Source: an uncultured virus (IMG/VR IMGVR_UViG_3300031088_000821) (lineage: Duplodnaviria; Heunggongvirae; Uroviricota; Caudoviricetes). From it: DNA of 64,000 nucleotides. Below the pieces are notes generated by a model. The model had not been told where the DNA came from, did not search any database, and saw only the letters and a list, made by a program, of their open reading frames with translations. Positions 46,452 to 55,293 of the stretch are shown in pieces. A program made the position numbers and the translations under genes. How positions within the stretch are numbered: position 1 is the stretch's first letter; each line of letters opens with the position of its first letter. The DNA lies in the IMG/VR virus record IMGVR_UViG_3300031088_000821; one strand, written 5' to 3'.

Positions 46452-48206
46452 ATGGCAATTCCCACAGGTGATTCCTCGAAGCAGGGGAAGCCCAATGGAG
46501 TTCCCGCGCGCGGTCTCCCTCCACAAAACGGACAGCGAAGACAGGGGGGACTACCTCCCCTAGGGGGCCAGGGCCAGAAATCTGCAGGGGCTGGCATTCC
46601 GCGCCAAACGAGTGGCGCTCCCCAAAGCCGTCCTCGGGCAACGCCACCCCAGAGGCAGCAGGGACTCCCCAGCCCCCAGCCTCAGCAGGGAACCAATAGG
46701 TCCCAACAGACGCCCCCTCAGCGGAGGCAGCCGGCGCCTCGAGCTCCCCGCGCACCCCTGCCTCAGGACCTCGAAGATGAGCTCTTTTCGGGCATCACAG
46801 CTCCCGCCGATGACGGCTATGATCCAAACTCCTTGGGCTATGAAGACGATCCCTTCGAGCCCATCCCCGAGGATGAGCTTTCCTACGATGATGGAGAAGA
46901 TGGCTACTACGAAGAGCGGCCCCAGGGTGGAGCGGCTCCCCAAGCTGGAGTAGCTCCACTCCCTCAGTCCCGACAGCCTCAAGCCCGCCGGAATCGCACT
47001 TCAGGAGCTCCCGTGGAGCCCCGTCAGGCGAAGGTGGAGGAAGAGGACTACCAAGAGGAGTTCATCGACGAGGAGAACATTGAGCTAAAGCCCTACGGAG
47101 GAAAGAAGAAAAAAGCCTCTAAGAAAGCTAAAGTCAGCGATTTCGACAACCGTAAAAACCTCGAGGGCCAGCGAAAGCTCTACCGTACCATCTTCGTCCT
47201 CGCTATCGTGGCTATTGTGGGTTTTGGCGCCTTTAAGACCTTCATGCCTGTGCAGGTTCTCACCGAAGATGAAGTTGCCACCATTGCCGCATGGACCAAT
47301 GGAGATACGGGATTCCCAACTACGAGGGGAGAGGGCTTCGCACTTTCCTTTGTGGACACATTGGTGAACTACAGCGAAGATCAGCAGTCCAAGGCCAAGA
47401 GGGATGTAGCGCTCCAGTACTTTACCGGTGGCTCTGATTCAGCCTTTGCAGCCAACGAAAGTTTCTCGGTGATGGGAAACATTAAGCAAAGCATCATTTA
47501 CGGCCCAGTGGTTTTGGAATCCGATGCTCTCACGGAGAATGCGGGTGCCTACAAGATCGGCATGCTTCTAAGCACGGCTCCTCTAAAGGACCCCGAGGGT
47601 GATGGCGTTCGCTACGACGAGCTCGCCTCCGAGCAGCTTCGCTGGGTCGCCTTCAATGTGAATGTTTACTACGATGTCTCCAATGATAGCTTTAGGATCG
47701 CAGAGGGGTCGCCCACGCTTCTTCCCTACGAGGAAGTAATCGCCGAAGATCTCCCAGTCGCTCAAAGCCTTGGAGAGCCAGTTGAAACGCCACCTGGTGA
47801 TGCGAGCTCCATTGCTCTGGGCTTCATAAAAGAATACCGCCAGAGCTCCAAGAGTGACACCTCTGCCCTGGAATCTTACATCATAGGAGATGATCCTACC
47901 CTCAGAACTGGGCTCAATAGTAAGTATCAGTTCTCCACGATGGAGGACGAGGACGCTTCTGTGGAAATGACTTTCTACAAAAATGAAGCAGAAGCTGATG
48001 CTGAAACTCCAAGCCAGCTAAAAGTCGAAATGATAGTTCAGTGGGCAATCCCCATGGATGAAGAAGGCAAAGAGAGTGTGAAGTTCACTTCCACCTATGT
48101 GCTCACATTGGATTATTCGGGATCTGGCTACAAAGTTTCGAAGTTTGCTCCCTACTATTGGAGTGAGCAGGTACCCGAAGACGGCACAGAGGATGGAGCT
48201 GAATGA
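46452..48206 (+). CDS. Conjugation protein, TcpC/VirB8-like, with Pro/Gln-rich N-terminus
   Basis: Disordered N-terminus, single TM, two NTF2-like repeats ending YVLTL..YKV; follows the coupling protein. Confidence 0.6.
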   Translation: MAIPTGDSSKQGKPNGVPARGLPPQNGQRRQGGLPPLGGQGQKSAGAGIPRQTSGAPQSRPRATPPQRQQGLPSPQPQQGTNRSQQTPPQRRQPAPRAPRAPLPQDLEDELFSGITAPADDGYDPNSLGYEDDPFEPIPEDELSYDDGEDGYYEERPQGGAAPQAGVAPLPQSRQPQARRNRTSGAPVEPRQAKVEEEDYQEEFIDEENIELKPYGGKKKKASKKAKVSDFDNRKNLEGQRKLYRTIFVLAIVAIVGFGAFKTFMPVQVLTEDEVATIAAWTNGDTGFPTTRGEGFALSFVDTLVNYSEDQQSKAKRDVALQYFTGGSDSAFAANESFSVMGNIKQSIIYGPVVLESDALTENAGAYKIGMLLSTAPLKDPEGDGVRYDELASEQLRWVAFNVNVYYDVSNDSFRIAEGSPTLLPYEEVIAEDLPVAQSLGEPVETPPGDASSIALGFIKEYRQSSKSDTSALESYIIGDDPTLRTGLNSKYQFSTMEDEDASVEMTFYKNEAEADAETPSQLKVEMIVQWAIPMDEEGKESVKFTSTYVLTLDYSGSGYKVSKFAPYYWSEQVPEDGTEDGAE

Positions 48207-48330
48207 GTTCCTACATTCATTTCGCTAAACCCTCTAGGAAAAACTTACCTATTTGATATGAGTGCTGTTCAAGTGTCCCTCGGGGGATATTAGAACTACC
48301 CTCACAACTACACTCAGGAGACACACAATC

Positions 48331-48636
48331 ATGGATTCTCTCATCTTCGCCCTTAGCGGCCTTCAGAACACCCTCATCACCCAATACATTGGCCCCATCG
48401 CATTGGTCATCATTGCGGGTGTAGCCATCGTTCTTCTCATTAAGCGCCAAATCGCCATGGCTTTGAGCTTCGGTGCTGTTGCGCTCATTGCAGCCTTCTT
48501 CATCTACGCTGGACCTGTGCTCTTCGGCCAGAACGGTGTGGGAAAGAAGGTAGGAACGAAGATCGGTAATCAGATCAACACCGTCGAAGTGGTGGAGGCG
48601 CCCGCTGCTGCCGCCGACTTCGTAGCTCTCCCCTGA
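48331..48636 (+). CDS. Small 2-TM conjugation protein (VirB2/TcpD pilin-like)
   Basis: SD AGGAG; two hydrophobic helices split by KRQ; own terminator. Confidence 0.6.
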   Translation: MDSLIFALSGLQNTLITQYIGPIALVIIAGVAIVLLIKRQIAMALSFGAVALIAAFFIYAGPVLFGQNGVGKKVGTKIGNQINTVEVVEAPAAAADFVALP

Positions 48637-48658
48637 GCTAAATAATCTGAGGGTTCCG

Positions 48659-48697
48659 CCAGGGGCCGTAGCTTTATCGCTACGGCCCCTGGTTTTT
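48659..48697 (+). terminator. Intrinsic terminator
   Basis: CCAGGGGCCGTAGC-TTTATC-GCTACGGCCCCTGG-TTTTT. Confidence 0.85.
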
Positions 48698-48770
48698 GCT
48701 TAGACGTGTGCGCACCACTGCTGCGATATGATTTTCATTGGGAATATCTACTAACCACAAAGGACTCAGA

Positions 48771-50210
48771 GTGGCTGAAGAAGAGCAGAAACAGCAGGCA
48801 AAGAAGGCGAAGAAGTCCCTCTTTGCCAAGGCCAAGAAGAAGCTCGACGTATCCGTAAAGGCTGTTGTGGATAACTTGGTCTTCTCCAAGAGGGAGGTTT
48901 GGGCCTACTACAGGCTCAGCCCCGACATGTTTGAGTTCATTTCGGACTCCGTTAAGGTCTCAAATGCATCTCGAGTGGCGACCGCGCTCACCTCACTTGT
49001 CGAGAATCGAAAAGATCCACTAGAGCTCCACTTCATTACCACCTCCACACCCGTGGATGTTGAAGCCTGGTATGCTCAAATCTCCTCCATCGTAGACGAG
49101 TGGGAGGGTAACAGCTCCGCCTTCGGCGAGTTTTTAGACCAGATGGCCGATCACCTCACCTCTCGGGAATATGCCAACAGAGTTGCATACATGGGCATCA
49201 AGCTGGGCAACAGAGGTGCCCTCAACATGGAGGATCTCAACCCGTTCCTCGCTGGCTGGAAAGGCGCCTGGGATTCCTTCATGGAGTGGGTTAACAATGC
49301 CACAAAGACCTTCGATTCGGATGTTTCTGCTGCCGAAGAAAAGGCCTTTCGCCAAAAGGCCGCTAAATACACTTCCATCGTAAGCAATGGCGCTCTTCGT
49401 GGCGCGCCTATTACCGCCGAGGAAATCCTCACTCTCATCAAGCGCCAGCTCTACCCAGCTATGTCGGCCCCCTACCTGGACATCGATCACGGCAATCGCT
49501 GGGGCGCAGGAGACCTCGAGCTCGAAACAGCCTCCGTTATCCGAAACAAGTTCCGCTGGTTGGAGATCAATCAGTTCGTGAATGGCAGGGAGTATACGGG
49601 CTACAGAGCGGCTATGTCTCTGACGAAGTTTGACCGAAATGCCGACTATCCCTCCACCGCTTTCCCCTTCCTCTATGTGCCTCAGATGCTCATGGGCTTG
49701 CCCTTCACTACTTACGCTAGAGTGAAGCTGCTCCCCAATGAGAAGATGAGGAAAGAAATCGAAAAGAAGAGGAAAGAGCAGCTCGACCAGCTGAAGTCCT
49801 TCCAGGGTGCGGCCAAAAAGAGCGCTGATGCCGCCGTTTCGGACAACTCTAAGATCGAGACGGATATGAGAGACCTGAGAGATCTCGACGATCAGACAAA
49901 TGCTGATAAGACTCCTTGGGTCGAGGGGTCCTATAGAGTTGTTGTGGAAGCAACCCACGAGAAAGCTCTTAGAGACATCGTTTCGGCGCTGAAGCAAAAA
50001 TACTCAGAGAATAGCATCACCAGCGTGCTTTCATCGGGTGATCAGCTGGACCTTTTCCTAGAGCAGATGCCTGGAGACACCACGAGGGTGAACGCCTTTA
50101 GGCAGCTCACTAATTTGAATCATCTGGCCACATCTGGATTCAACATCTCCTCTGACGTAGGGGATAAGATCTGGAGCCAGAACGAGATGGAGGCGGATCT
50201 CAATGGCTAA
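48771..50210 (+). CDS. VirB4-like conjugation protein, N-terminal region only (no Walker A)
   Basis: VWAYYRL..Y..RVAYMG..GDQLDLFLEQMPG..VGD; GTG 48771 with AAGGA SD; position in the tra cluster. Confidence 0.55.
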   Translation: MAEEEQKQQAKKAKKSLFAKAKKKLDVSVKAVVDNLVFSKREVWAYYRLSPDMFEFISDSVKVSNASRVATALTSLVENRKDPLELHFITTSTPVDVEAWYAQISSIVDEWEGNSSAFGEFLDQMADHLTSREYANRVAYMGIKLGNRGALNMEDLNPFLAGWKGAWDSFMEWVNNATKTFDSDVSAAEEKAFRQKAAKYTSIVSNGALRGAPITAEEILTLIKRQLYPAMSAPYLDIDHGNRWGAGDLELETASVIRNKFRWLEINQFVNGREYTGYRAAMSLTKFDRNADYPSTAFPFLYVPQMLMGLPFTTYARVKLLPNEKMRKEIEKKRKEQLDQLKSFQGAAKKSADAAVSDNSKIETDMRDLRDLDDQTNADKTPWVEGSYRVVVEATHEKALRDIVSALKQKYSENSITSVLSSGDQLDLFLEQMPGDTTRVNAFRQLTNLNHLATSGFNISSDVGDKIWSQNEMEADLNG

Positions 50211-51057
50211 ACGAAGAGGCAATAGGGGCGGCGGCGGCGGTCCCGCAAAGCTACTCATGTCCATAGTCGGACTGCTTGTGGTCGGAGGATTGATCTTTGC
50301 CTTCGCAAAAGCTAACAACATCAGTAGCGTTAGCTCTTTCATCGACTGGGCTCGCAGCTCCTCTGACAAGCTCGACAGCTGCATCATGGACAGCGAAGAC
50401 GAGGCTCTCTGGAAGTGCGATAGCCCCTTCGGTAATGGCTCCAATGGGGGAGACCAATCCAACGGAGGTGACTCTTCCGAGGGAAATGGCGGTAGCACCG
50501 AGGGTGAAGCCCCCAATGAAGACGGCTCTAAGGGAGATCCCTCCAAAGAGGTCTCCGCTCTAGCGTCTTTGGTTGTAGCGGATCAGCAGAAAGTCGACTA
50601 CAATCGAGAGGACTGGAAGCACTGGACGGGTGAGCGCTGCAACGACACTCGCCAGCAGGTGCTAAAAGCTCAGGCAAAATCCTTTGAGCTCGACTCCAAG
50701 GGCTGCAAAGTTGCCTCGGGAGAATGGGTGGACCCCTACACGGGCAAGACCTTTACGGACCCCTCGAAGTTGGACATAGACCACGTCTACCCGCTGGGCG
50801 CCGCGGCACGCGCTGGAGGCCAGAGCTTTAGCGCTGAACAGAAGGAAGCCTTCGCCAATGACACTAGCCAGCTCCTAGCTGTGAGCGCAAGCGCCAATCG
50901 CTCTAAGAGCGACAAAACCCCCGAAGAGTGGATGCCCGAAAACAAGGACTTCACATGCAGCTACTCTAAGCTCTTCGTCAATGTTTCAGCCAAATATGAT
51001 CTCACAATCACTGCGGGCGATAAGAAAGCACTAGAAGCGGGGCTGAGAACATGCTGA
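50203..51057 (+). CDS. Membrane-anchored HNH nuclease (DUF1524/GmrSD-C-like)
   Basis: YNREDWKHW..CNDTR..W.DPYTG..LDIDHVYPL..FAND..L.AV..NRSKSDK.PEEWMP..C.Y. Confidence 0.85.
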   Translation: MAKRRGNRGGGGGPAKLLMSIVGLLVVGGLIFAFAKANNISSVSSFIDWARSSSDKLDSCIMDSEDEALWKCDSPFGNGSNGGDQSNGGDSSEGNGGSTEGEAPNEDGSKGDPSKEVSALASLVVADQQKVDYNREDWKHWTGERCNDTRQQVLKAQAKSFELDSKGCKVASGEWVDPYTGKTFTDPSKLDIDHVYPLGAAARAGGQSFSAEQKEAFANDTSQLLAVSASANRSKSDKTPEEWMPENKDFTCSYSKLFVNVSAKYDLTITAGDKKALEAGLRTC

Positions 51058-51159
51058 AGACGATGAGATCGCGTTCTGAGCGACTTTTACAGGCCACACA
51101 CAGGGAAACACATAGAGGGAAATACGCATCGCAGAACGCGATCTAAGACAGGAAGAAAA

Positions 51160-52026
51160 ATGGTAAGGAAGACAGCAGAAGAACTCAAGAAACAGTTCAG
51201 AAGCCACCAGGATAGCCAGGTTTCCCTCATGGAGGCCATCGAGAAGCCTCTCAGCCTCGAGGAAAGGCTCAAGTTCTTGGCGGACATGGGCCGCACCGAT
51301 CTCGTGGACGCCTTTAAAGAGTGGAAGCCCCGCGTTTCGAGAGCTAAGAAGAGGGGAGCGCCGCTGGATCAGCGAGTTTCCATCACTATCACGGGTGACG
51401 AGCGCTTTTCTTTGGATAAGGAAATGAAGCGGCTCAAAGCAGAGAAAACCGCTATTTCCCTTTCCCAGCTGATCCGCAACAGAGCCATGGGATCTGTAGA
51501 CATTCAGGCTTGGCGGGAAATAGCCGTAGAGGCACTCCAGGAGATCGAAGAGATCGCCGCCAATTCTGCTAAGCTCCGCAGGCGCAAGTCGCAGCTCACA
51601 ATCGTTCTCGATTCCGAAGATGACGAAGAGCAAATCTACTCCTACGAGCGAGAGATCGTCTCCATCAATCAGAAGCTCGAACGAATCACTGCTCAGAACA
51701 AAAAGAGAACCCACAGGCTGGCGGGTAGGATGAGCATGGCCGAGGCAGAGACTGTAAAGTGGCGTGCCCAGCGACTTCATCTCTCCGCTTCCGACTATCT
51801 AAGAATGATGATTTTTGGCCATGTCCCCAACTCGGATGCAGATTCCCACATGTCTCTGGATGCCAAGAGGCGCTTCTACTTGGCGATCATCGATGTGGCG
51901 GACAATGGTTGGGGTGATGTGCCCAAGATCTACAACTGCAAGCAGTGTGAGAACTATGTGGAGCGCATCCGTCAGCTCGAAGAGCAGCTCAAACAGAATG
52001 AGATCTTTGCTGGAGCTGGAGTCTGA
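51160..52026 (+). CDS. Putative DNA-binding protein with two ribbon-helix-helix-like segments (MobC-like)
   Basis: QRVSITITGDE..SLSQLIRNRAMG and RLAGRMSMAEA..SASDYLRMMIFG; C-terminal CxxC. Confidence 0.55.
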   Translation: MVRKTAEELKKQFRSHQDSQVSLMEAIEKPLSLEERLKFLADMGRTDLVDAFKEWKPRVSRAKKRGAPLDQRVSITITGDERFSLDKEMKRLKAEKTAISLSQLIRNRAMGSVDIQAWREIAVEALQEIEEIAANSAKLRRRKSQLTIVLDSEDDEEQIYSYEREIVSINQKLERITAQNKKRTHRLAGRMSMAEAETVKWRAQRLHLSASDYLRMMIFGHVPNSDADSHMSLDAKRRFYLAIIDVADNGWGDVPKIYNCKQCENYVERIRQLEEQLKQNEIFAGAGV

Positions 52027-52100
52027 GAAAGTGCTATTTCGCTTTTGGCCCCTGGCGATATGCACTTAGAGTTTCATAGGCCACAAGGAGCTAGATCAGC

Positions 52101-52775
52101 ATGCTAAAAATCAGAGGCATCTTGAAAAAGATGCTTGCAAAGTCGAGGGAAGATAGGGGCTCTTCCGCGCTCATTTCCTTCATTTTGCTGGTGCCGCTCT
52201 TCCTCGGGCTCGTCATCACGGCGGTGGATGTTTCCTTCTACTTCTCCAACAGAGGCCAGATGGAAGCCATCGCCAGTGACGCTGCTCGAACTGTAGGTAT
52301 CTATGGTGGCGCTGGAACCTCCGACATGGCCACTACCATCGAGAAGAAGTATGGTAACCCCACCGGAGCCTGCACTTCTGGCAGGAAAGATCTCAATGAT
52401 GGCACGAGCGAAGAAAACACCGCTCGCAAGAATATGTTCAAGGAAATCCTCGGCTCTAATCCCGCTAATCACACTTCGGTGGAATGCAATGTGGCCGCCG
52501 CTATCGCTAATCAGCAGGGTCTTGTTTCGGTTTCCTTCGACAGAAGCATCAACCCAGACCTCGGCGTAAAGTGCGGTCCGGCTGTAGCGGCCACCATTGG
52601 CACTAGAACCTACTGTGACATCAACTACGCTTACACTGGCATGCCCGGATCACCTATGAGCTTCATCCAGTTCCGCATGGAAGACGGGCAATCCAGTGGC
52701 CTTCTCGGTGTGAATAAGATCACGAAGTCTTCGGAATCAGAGGTGGCCAACCCACCCACAACCTCTCGGGGGTAA
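52101..52775 (+). CDS. TadE-like pseudopilin
   Basis: EDRGSSALISF prepilin-like site, TM, ASDAAR. Confidence 0.75.
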   Translation: MLKIRGILKKMLAKSREDRGSSALISFILLVPLFLGLVITAVDVSFYFSNRGQMEAIASDAARTVGIYGGAGTSDMATTIEKKYGNPTGACTSGRKDLNDGTSEENTARKNMFKEILGSNPANHTSVECNVAAAIANQQGLVSVSFDRSINPDLGVKCGPAVAATIGTRTYCDINYAYTGMPGSPMSFIQFRMEDGQSSGLLGVNKITKSSESEVANPPTTSRG

Positions 52776-52778
52776 TAG

Positions 52779-53456
52779 ATGAAATCCCCTCTAGCCCTCT
52801 GGCGAGCTTTCAAGGCTAAGTTTTTCACTGACAGGGCAGATAGCATCCTTGTGCCTGCGCTCATTTTGGCCCCAGTGATGGTGATTGCGGTGGGTCTCGC
52901 AGTGGAAGTAACCAAGAACAACTATGTTCGCAATGATCGGATTAACGCCATCCAAGACGCCGCCGTATCTGCGGCGTCTACCGCCAACAGCCGTGGTTCT
53001 TTGAGCTGGGAAGTACTCGACAGCGTGGTAAACGAGTATGAGCACCAGAGATTCGGGCAGAGGGTGTTTTCAGCTGTAAATAATGGCGATCTCACCTACG
53101 ATGGGGGAGAGGGTCAGGAGACTCTTACCGATATGTTCGGCGGCCGCGAATCTGCCTGCATGGTCAATGAAGAAGACGGCATGCAGTACCCCTACTACAC
53201 GGTCACCCTAAAGGAGGGTAGGGTCGATGATGCGACTACCTCTTCCTCGAGGACTATCAGCTTTTCTCGCACTCAGCCCACCGTTGCTAGCGCTAATATG
53301 AAGGCTCAGCTTGATCCAAGCAAGATCTACAGATCTGTTGAGGTCAAGGTGATAGACTCCACTCCAAACATCATCATGGGCATGATGGGAGCACCATGCC
53401 AAAACCTCACCCTCTCCGCAAGTTCTGTGACTTTTGCTGTCAACTCTGACCTCTAA
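52779..53456 (+). CDS. TadE/TadG-like protein
   Basis: TM, VGLAVE, QDAAVSAA. Confidence 0.6.
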   Translation: MKSPLALWRAFKAKFFTDRADSILVPALILAPVMVIAVGLAVEVTKNNYVRNDRINAIQDAAVSAASTANSRGSLSWEVLDSVVNEYEHQRFGQRVFSAVNNGDLTYDGGEGQETLTDMFGGRESACMVNEEDGMQYPYYTVTLKEGRVDDATTSSSRTISFSRTQPTVASANMKAQLDPSKIYRSVEVKVIDSTPNIIMGMMGAPCQNLTLSASSVTFAVNSDL

Positions 53457-53604
53457 AAAACTCTCCATCATTAGAACAGTAATTGGAGCCAAATCGTGTT
53501 AGATTGGCACTAATCACCGATGATGGGAGAGTCCATGATTCTAGGGAACTGAAGCACAACAGCACATATCTCAATGAGTAGTTCACCGAACAAAAGGACA
53601 AGAG

Positions 53605-55062
53605 TTGGCCTTCAAAAACAGATCAGCAGAAACCGCTAACTTCAACGGCGAGGGGGTGAAAAATCTCCTCAGAGAAGAACTAAGTGGCCAAGCTGTTGTA
53701 GCTGACACTTCGGCACTTCTCATGCGCGGCACTGATCTTCTAAGATCCCTGCCGGCTTGTGATCTCATCATTCCCGCAATCGTGGCAAAAGAACTCGAAG
53801 GCAAACGGACTTCAGCAAACGTGGGCTTTATGGCCCGTGAGTGGCTTCGGCTCCTCGAAGAGCTCAGAGTCTCCCATGGTGAAGAACTATCCAAGGGCGT
53901 CAGAGTTCCTCTAGACTATGCCGCCGAGGAGATCACTATTCGGATTGAGCCCAATCATAGCAACCAATCCGTGCTCCCGCTCCAGCTCCAGGATGGCTCC
54001 AATGATAGCACGATTCTAGCTGTCGCTCTGGCCATGCGGGATGAGCTGGCGGCGACAGGTGTTCAGCTGAGCTTGATCTCCAACGACATGCCCATGCGGC
54101 TCCACTCCACCATTGAGCTGAAGATTCCCGCCTACGAGGTTTCCTCCTCCACTGTGGACGCTGCGAAGCCCTTCTCGGGTCGAGTGTCCGTGGAGATAAC
54201 AGACGAGGAAGTTGAAGAAGTCTTCGGTTCCCGGGAGACTGATAGGGAGGCTCTCGAAGACATCATCGCTATCGCTACGGATGAGCGGATTTCTCATGCG
54301 ATGGTGGACGTTATCCACGAAGACAAGATCGTCAAAACAGTGATGTACTCTAGCTTGAATGGAGTGTCAGATCTCCCCCGAGCACAAAATCGCGCCAAGG
54401 GGATCTCGCCTAAAACGGTCGAGCAGCGAGTAGCCATGTCCTACTTGCTCAAGCCCGTGGAAGAACTGCCCATCGTTTCCATCGTGGGTCGCGCGGGAAC
54501 GGGTAAGACCCTCCTCACCATTGCCGCAGGCCTCGAGGGGGTTAAGAAAGATAAGTACCAGAAGGTGCTGGTTTTCAGGTCCCTCCACGAAATGGGTGTT
54601 GGCCAGGAGATGGGATTCCTCCCCGGCAATGTAGAAGAGAAGATGGGGCCCTGGTCGGGCGCTATCATGGATTCGCTGGATGTGATCGCTAGGGCTTCCC
54701 GCAAGGGTGACCGACCCAGCAAGGCGGACATCGATGCTCTCAAGGTAGATGTGGAAGTTTCCCCCATCAGCTACCTCAGGGGAAGATCCATCACAGATAC
54801 CTTCATGGTGTTGGATGAAGCTCAGAACTTCTCCCGCAATGAGCTGCTCAACATCCTTTCGAGGGCGGGCGAAGGAACGAAGATCGTGCTCCTCAGCGAT
54901 TCCTACCAGGTTGACAACAGATTCCTCCAAAGCGGAGCTCGCTCGGAGGTCTGGTCAGTTGTGGATTCTCTGAAGTCTTCGGAACTTTTCGGCCATGTCA
55001 CTCTCACCCAAACGGAGAGAAGCGCCGTCGCTGAATTGGCTTCGGATATTCTCGCTCAGTAG
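53605..55062 (+). CDS. PIN-PhoH fusion (PhoH2)
   Basis: VVADTSAL..NDSTIL..SNDMPMR PIN; GRAGTGKT, GFLPG..EKM.PW, YLRGRS, DEAQN, ERS. Confidence 0.9.
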   Translation: MAFKNRSAETANFNGEGVKNLLREELSGQAVVADTSALLMRGTDLLRSLPACDLIIPAIVAKELEGKRTSANVGFMAREWLRLLEELRVSHGEELSKGVRVPLDYAAEEITIRIEPNHSNQSVLPLQLQDGSNDSTILAVALAMRDELAATGVQLSLISNDMPMRLHSTIELKIPAYEVSSSTVDAAKPFSGRVSVEITDEEVEEVFGSRETDREALEDIIAIATDERISHAMVDVIHEDKIVKTVMYSSLNGVSDLPRAQNRAKGISPKTVEQRVAMSYLLKPVEELPIVSIVGRAGTGKTLLTIAAGLEGVKKDKYQKVLVFRSLHEMGVGQEMGFLPGNVEEKMGPWSGAIMDSLDVIARASRKGDRPSKADIDALKVDVEVSPISYLRGRSITDTFMVLDEAQNFSRNELLNILSRAGEGTKIVLLSDSYQVDNRFLQSGARSEVWSVVDSLKSSELFGHVTLTQTERSAVAELASDILAQ

Positions 55063-55080
55063 GTAGGGCTTTAAAGCCCT

Positions 55081-55120
55081 AGGCCCCGGTGAGCACCAAG
55101 TGTGCTCATTGGGGCCTTTC
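55081..55120 (+). terminator. Intrinsic terminator
   Basis: AGGCCCCGGTGAGCAC/GTGCTCATTGGGGCCT stem followed by TT. Confidence 0.7.
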
Positions 55121-55293
55121 CCTATTGGATTTGAGGTCCATTTCGCTGGATCTAATCGCTCACGGGTGACCTTCTCCCGTCGAAAAAGGCCATTGCATAT
55201 TTCTGGTACTGCGATATGGAAACCATAGCGTGGCCAAGATCTACTTGTCGCGTAGATAGAAGCTACTAGTGACTTAGTGAGTGTGATTTCTAG

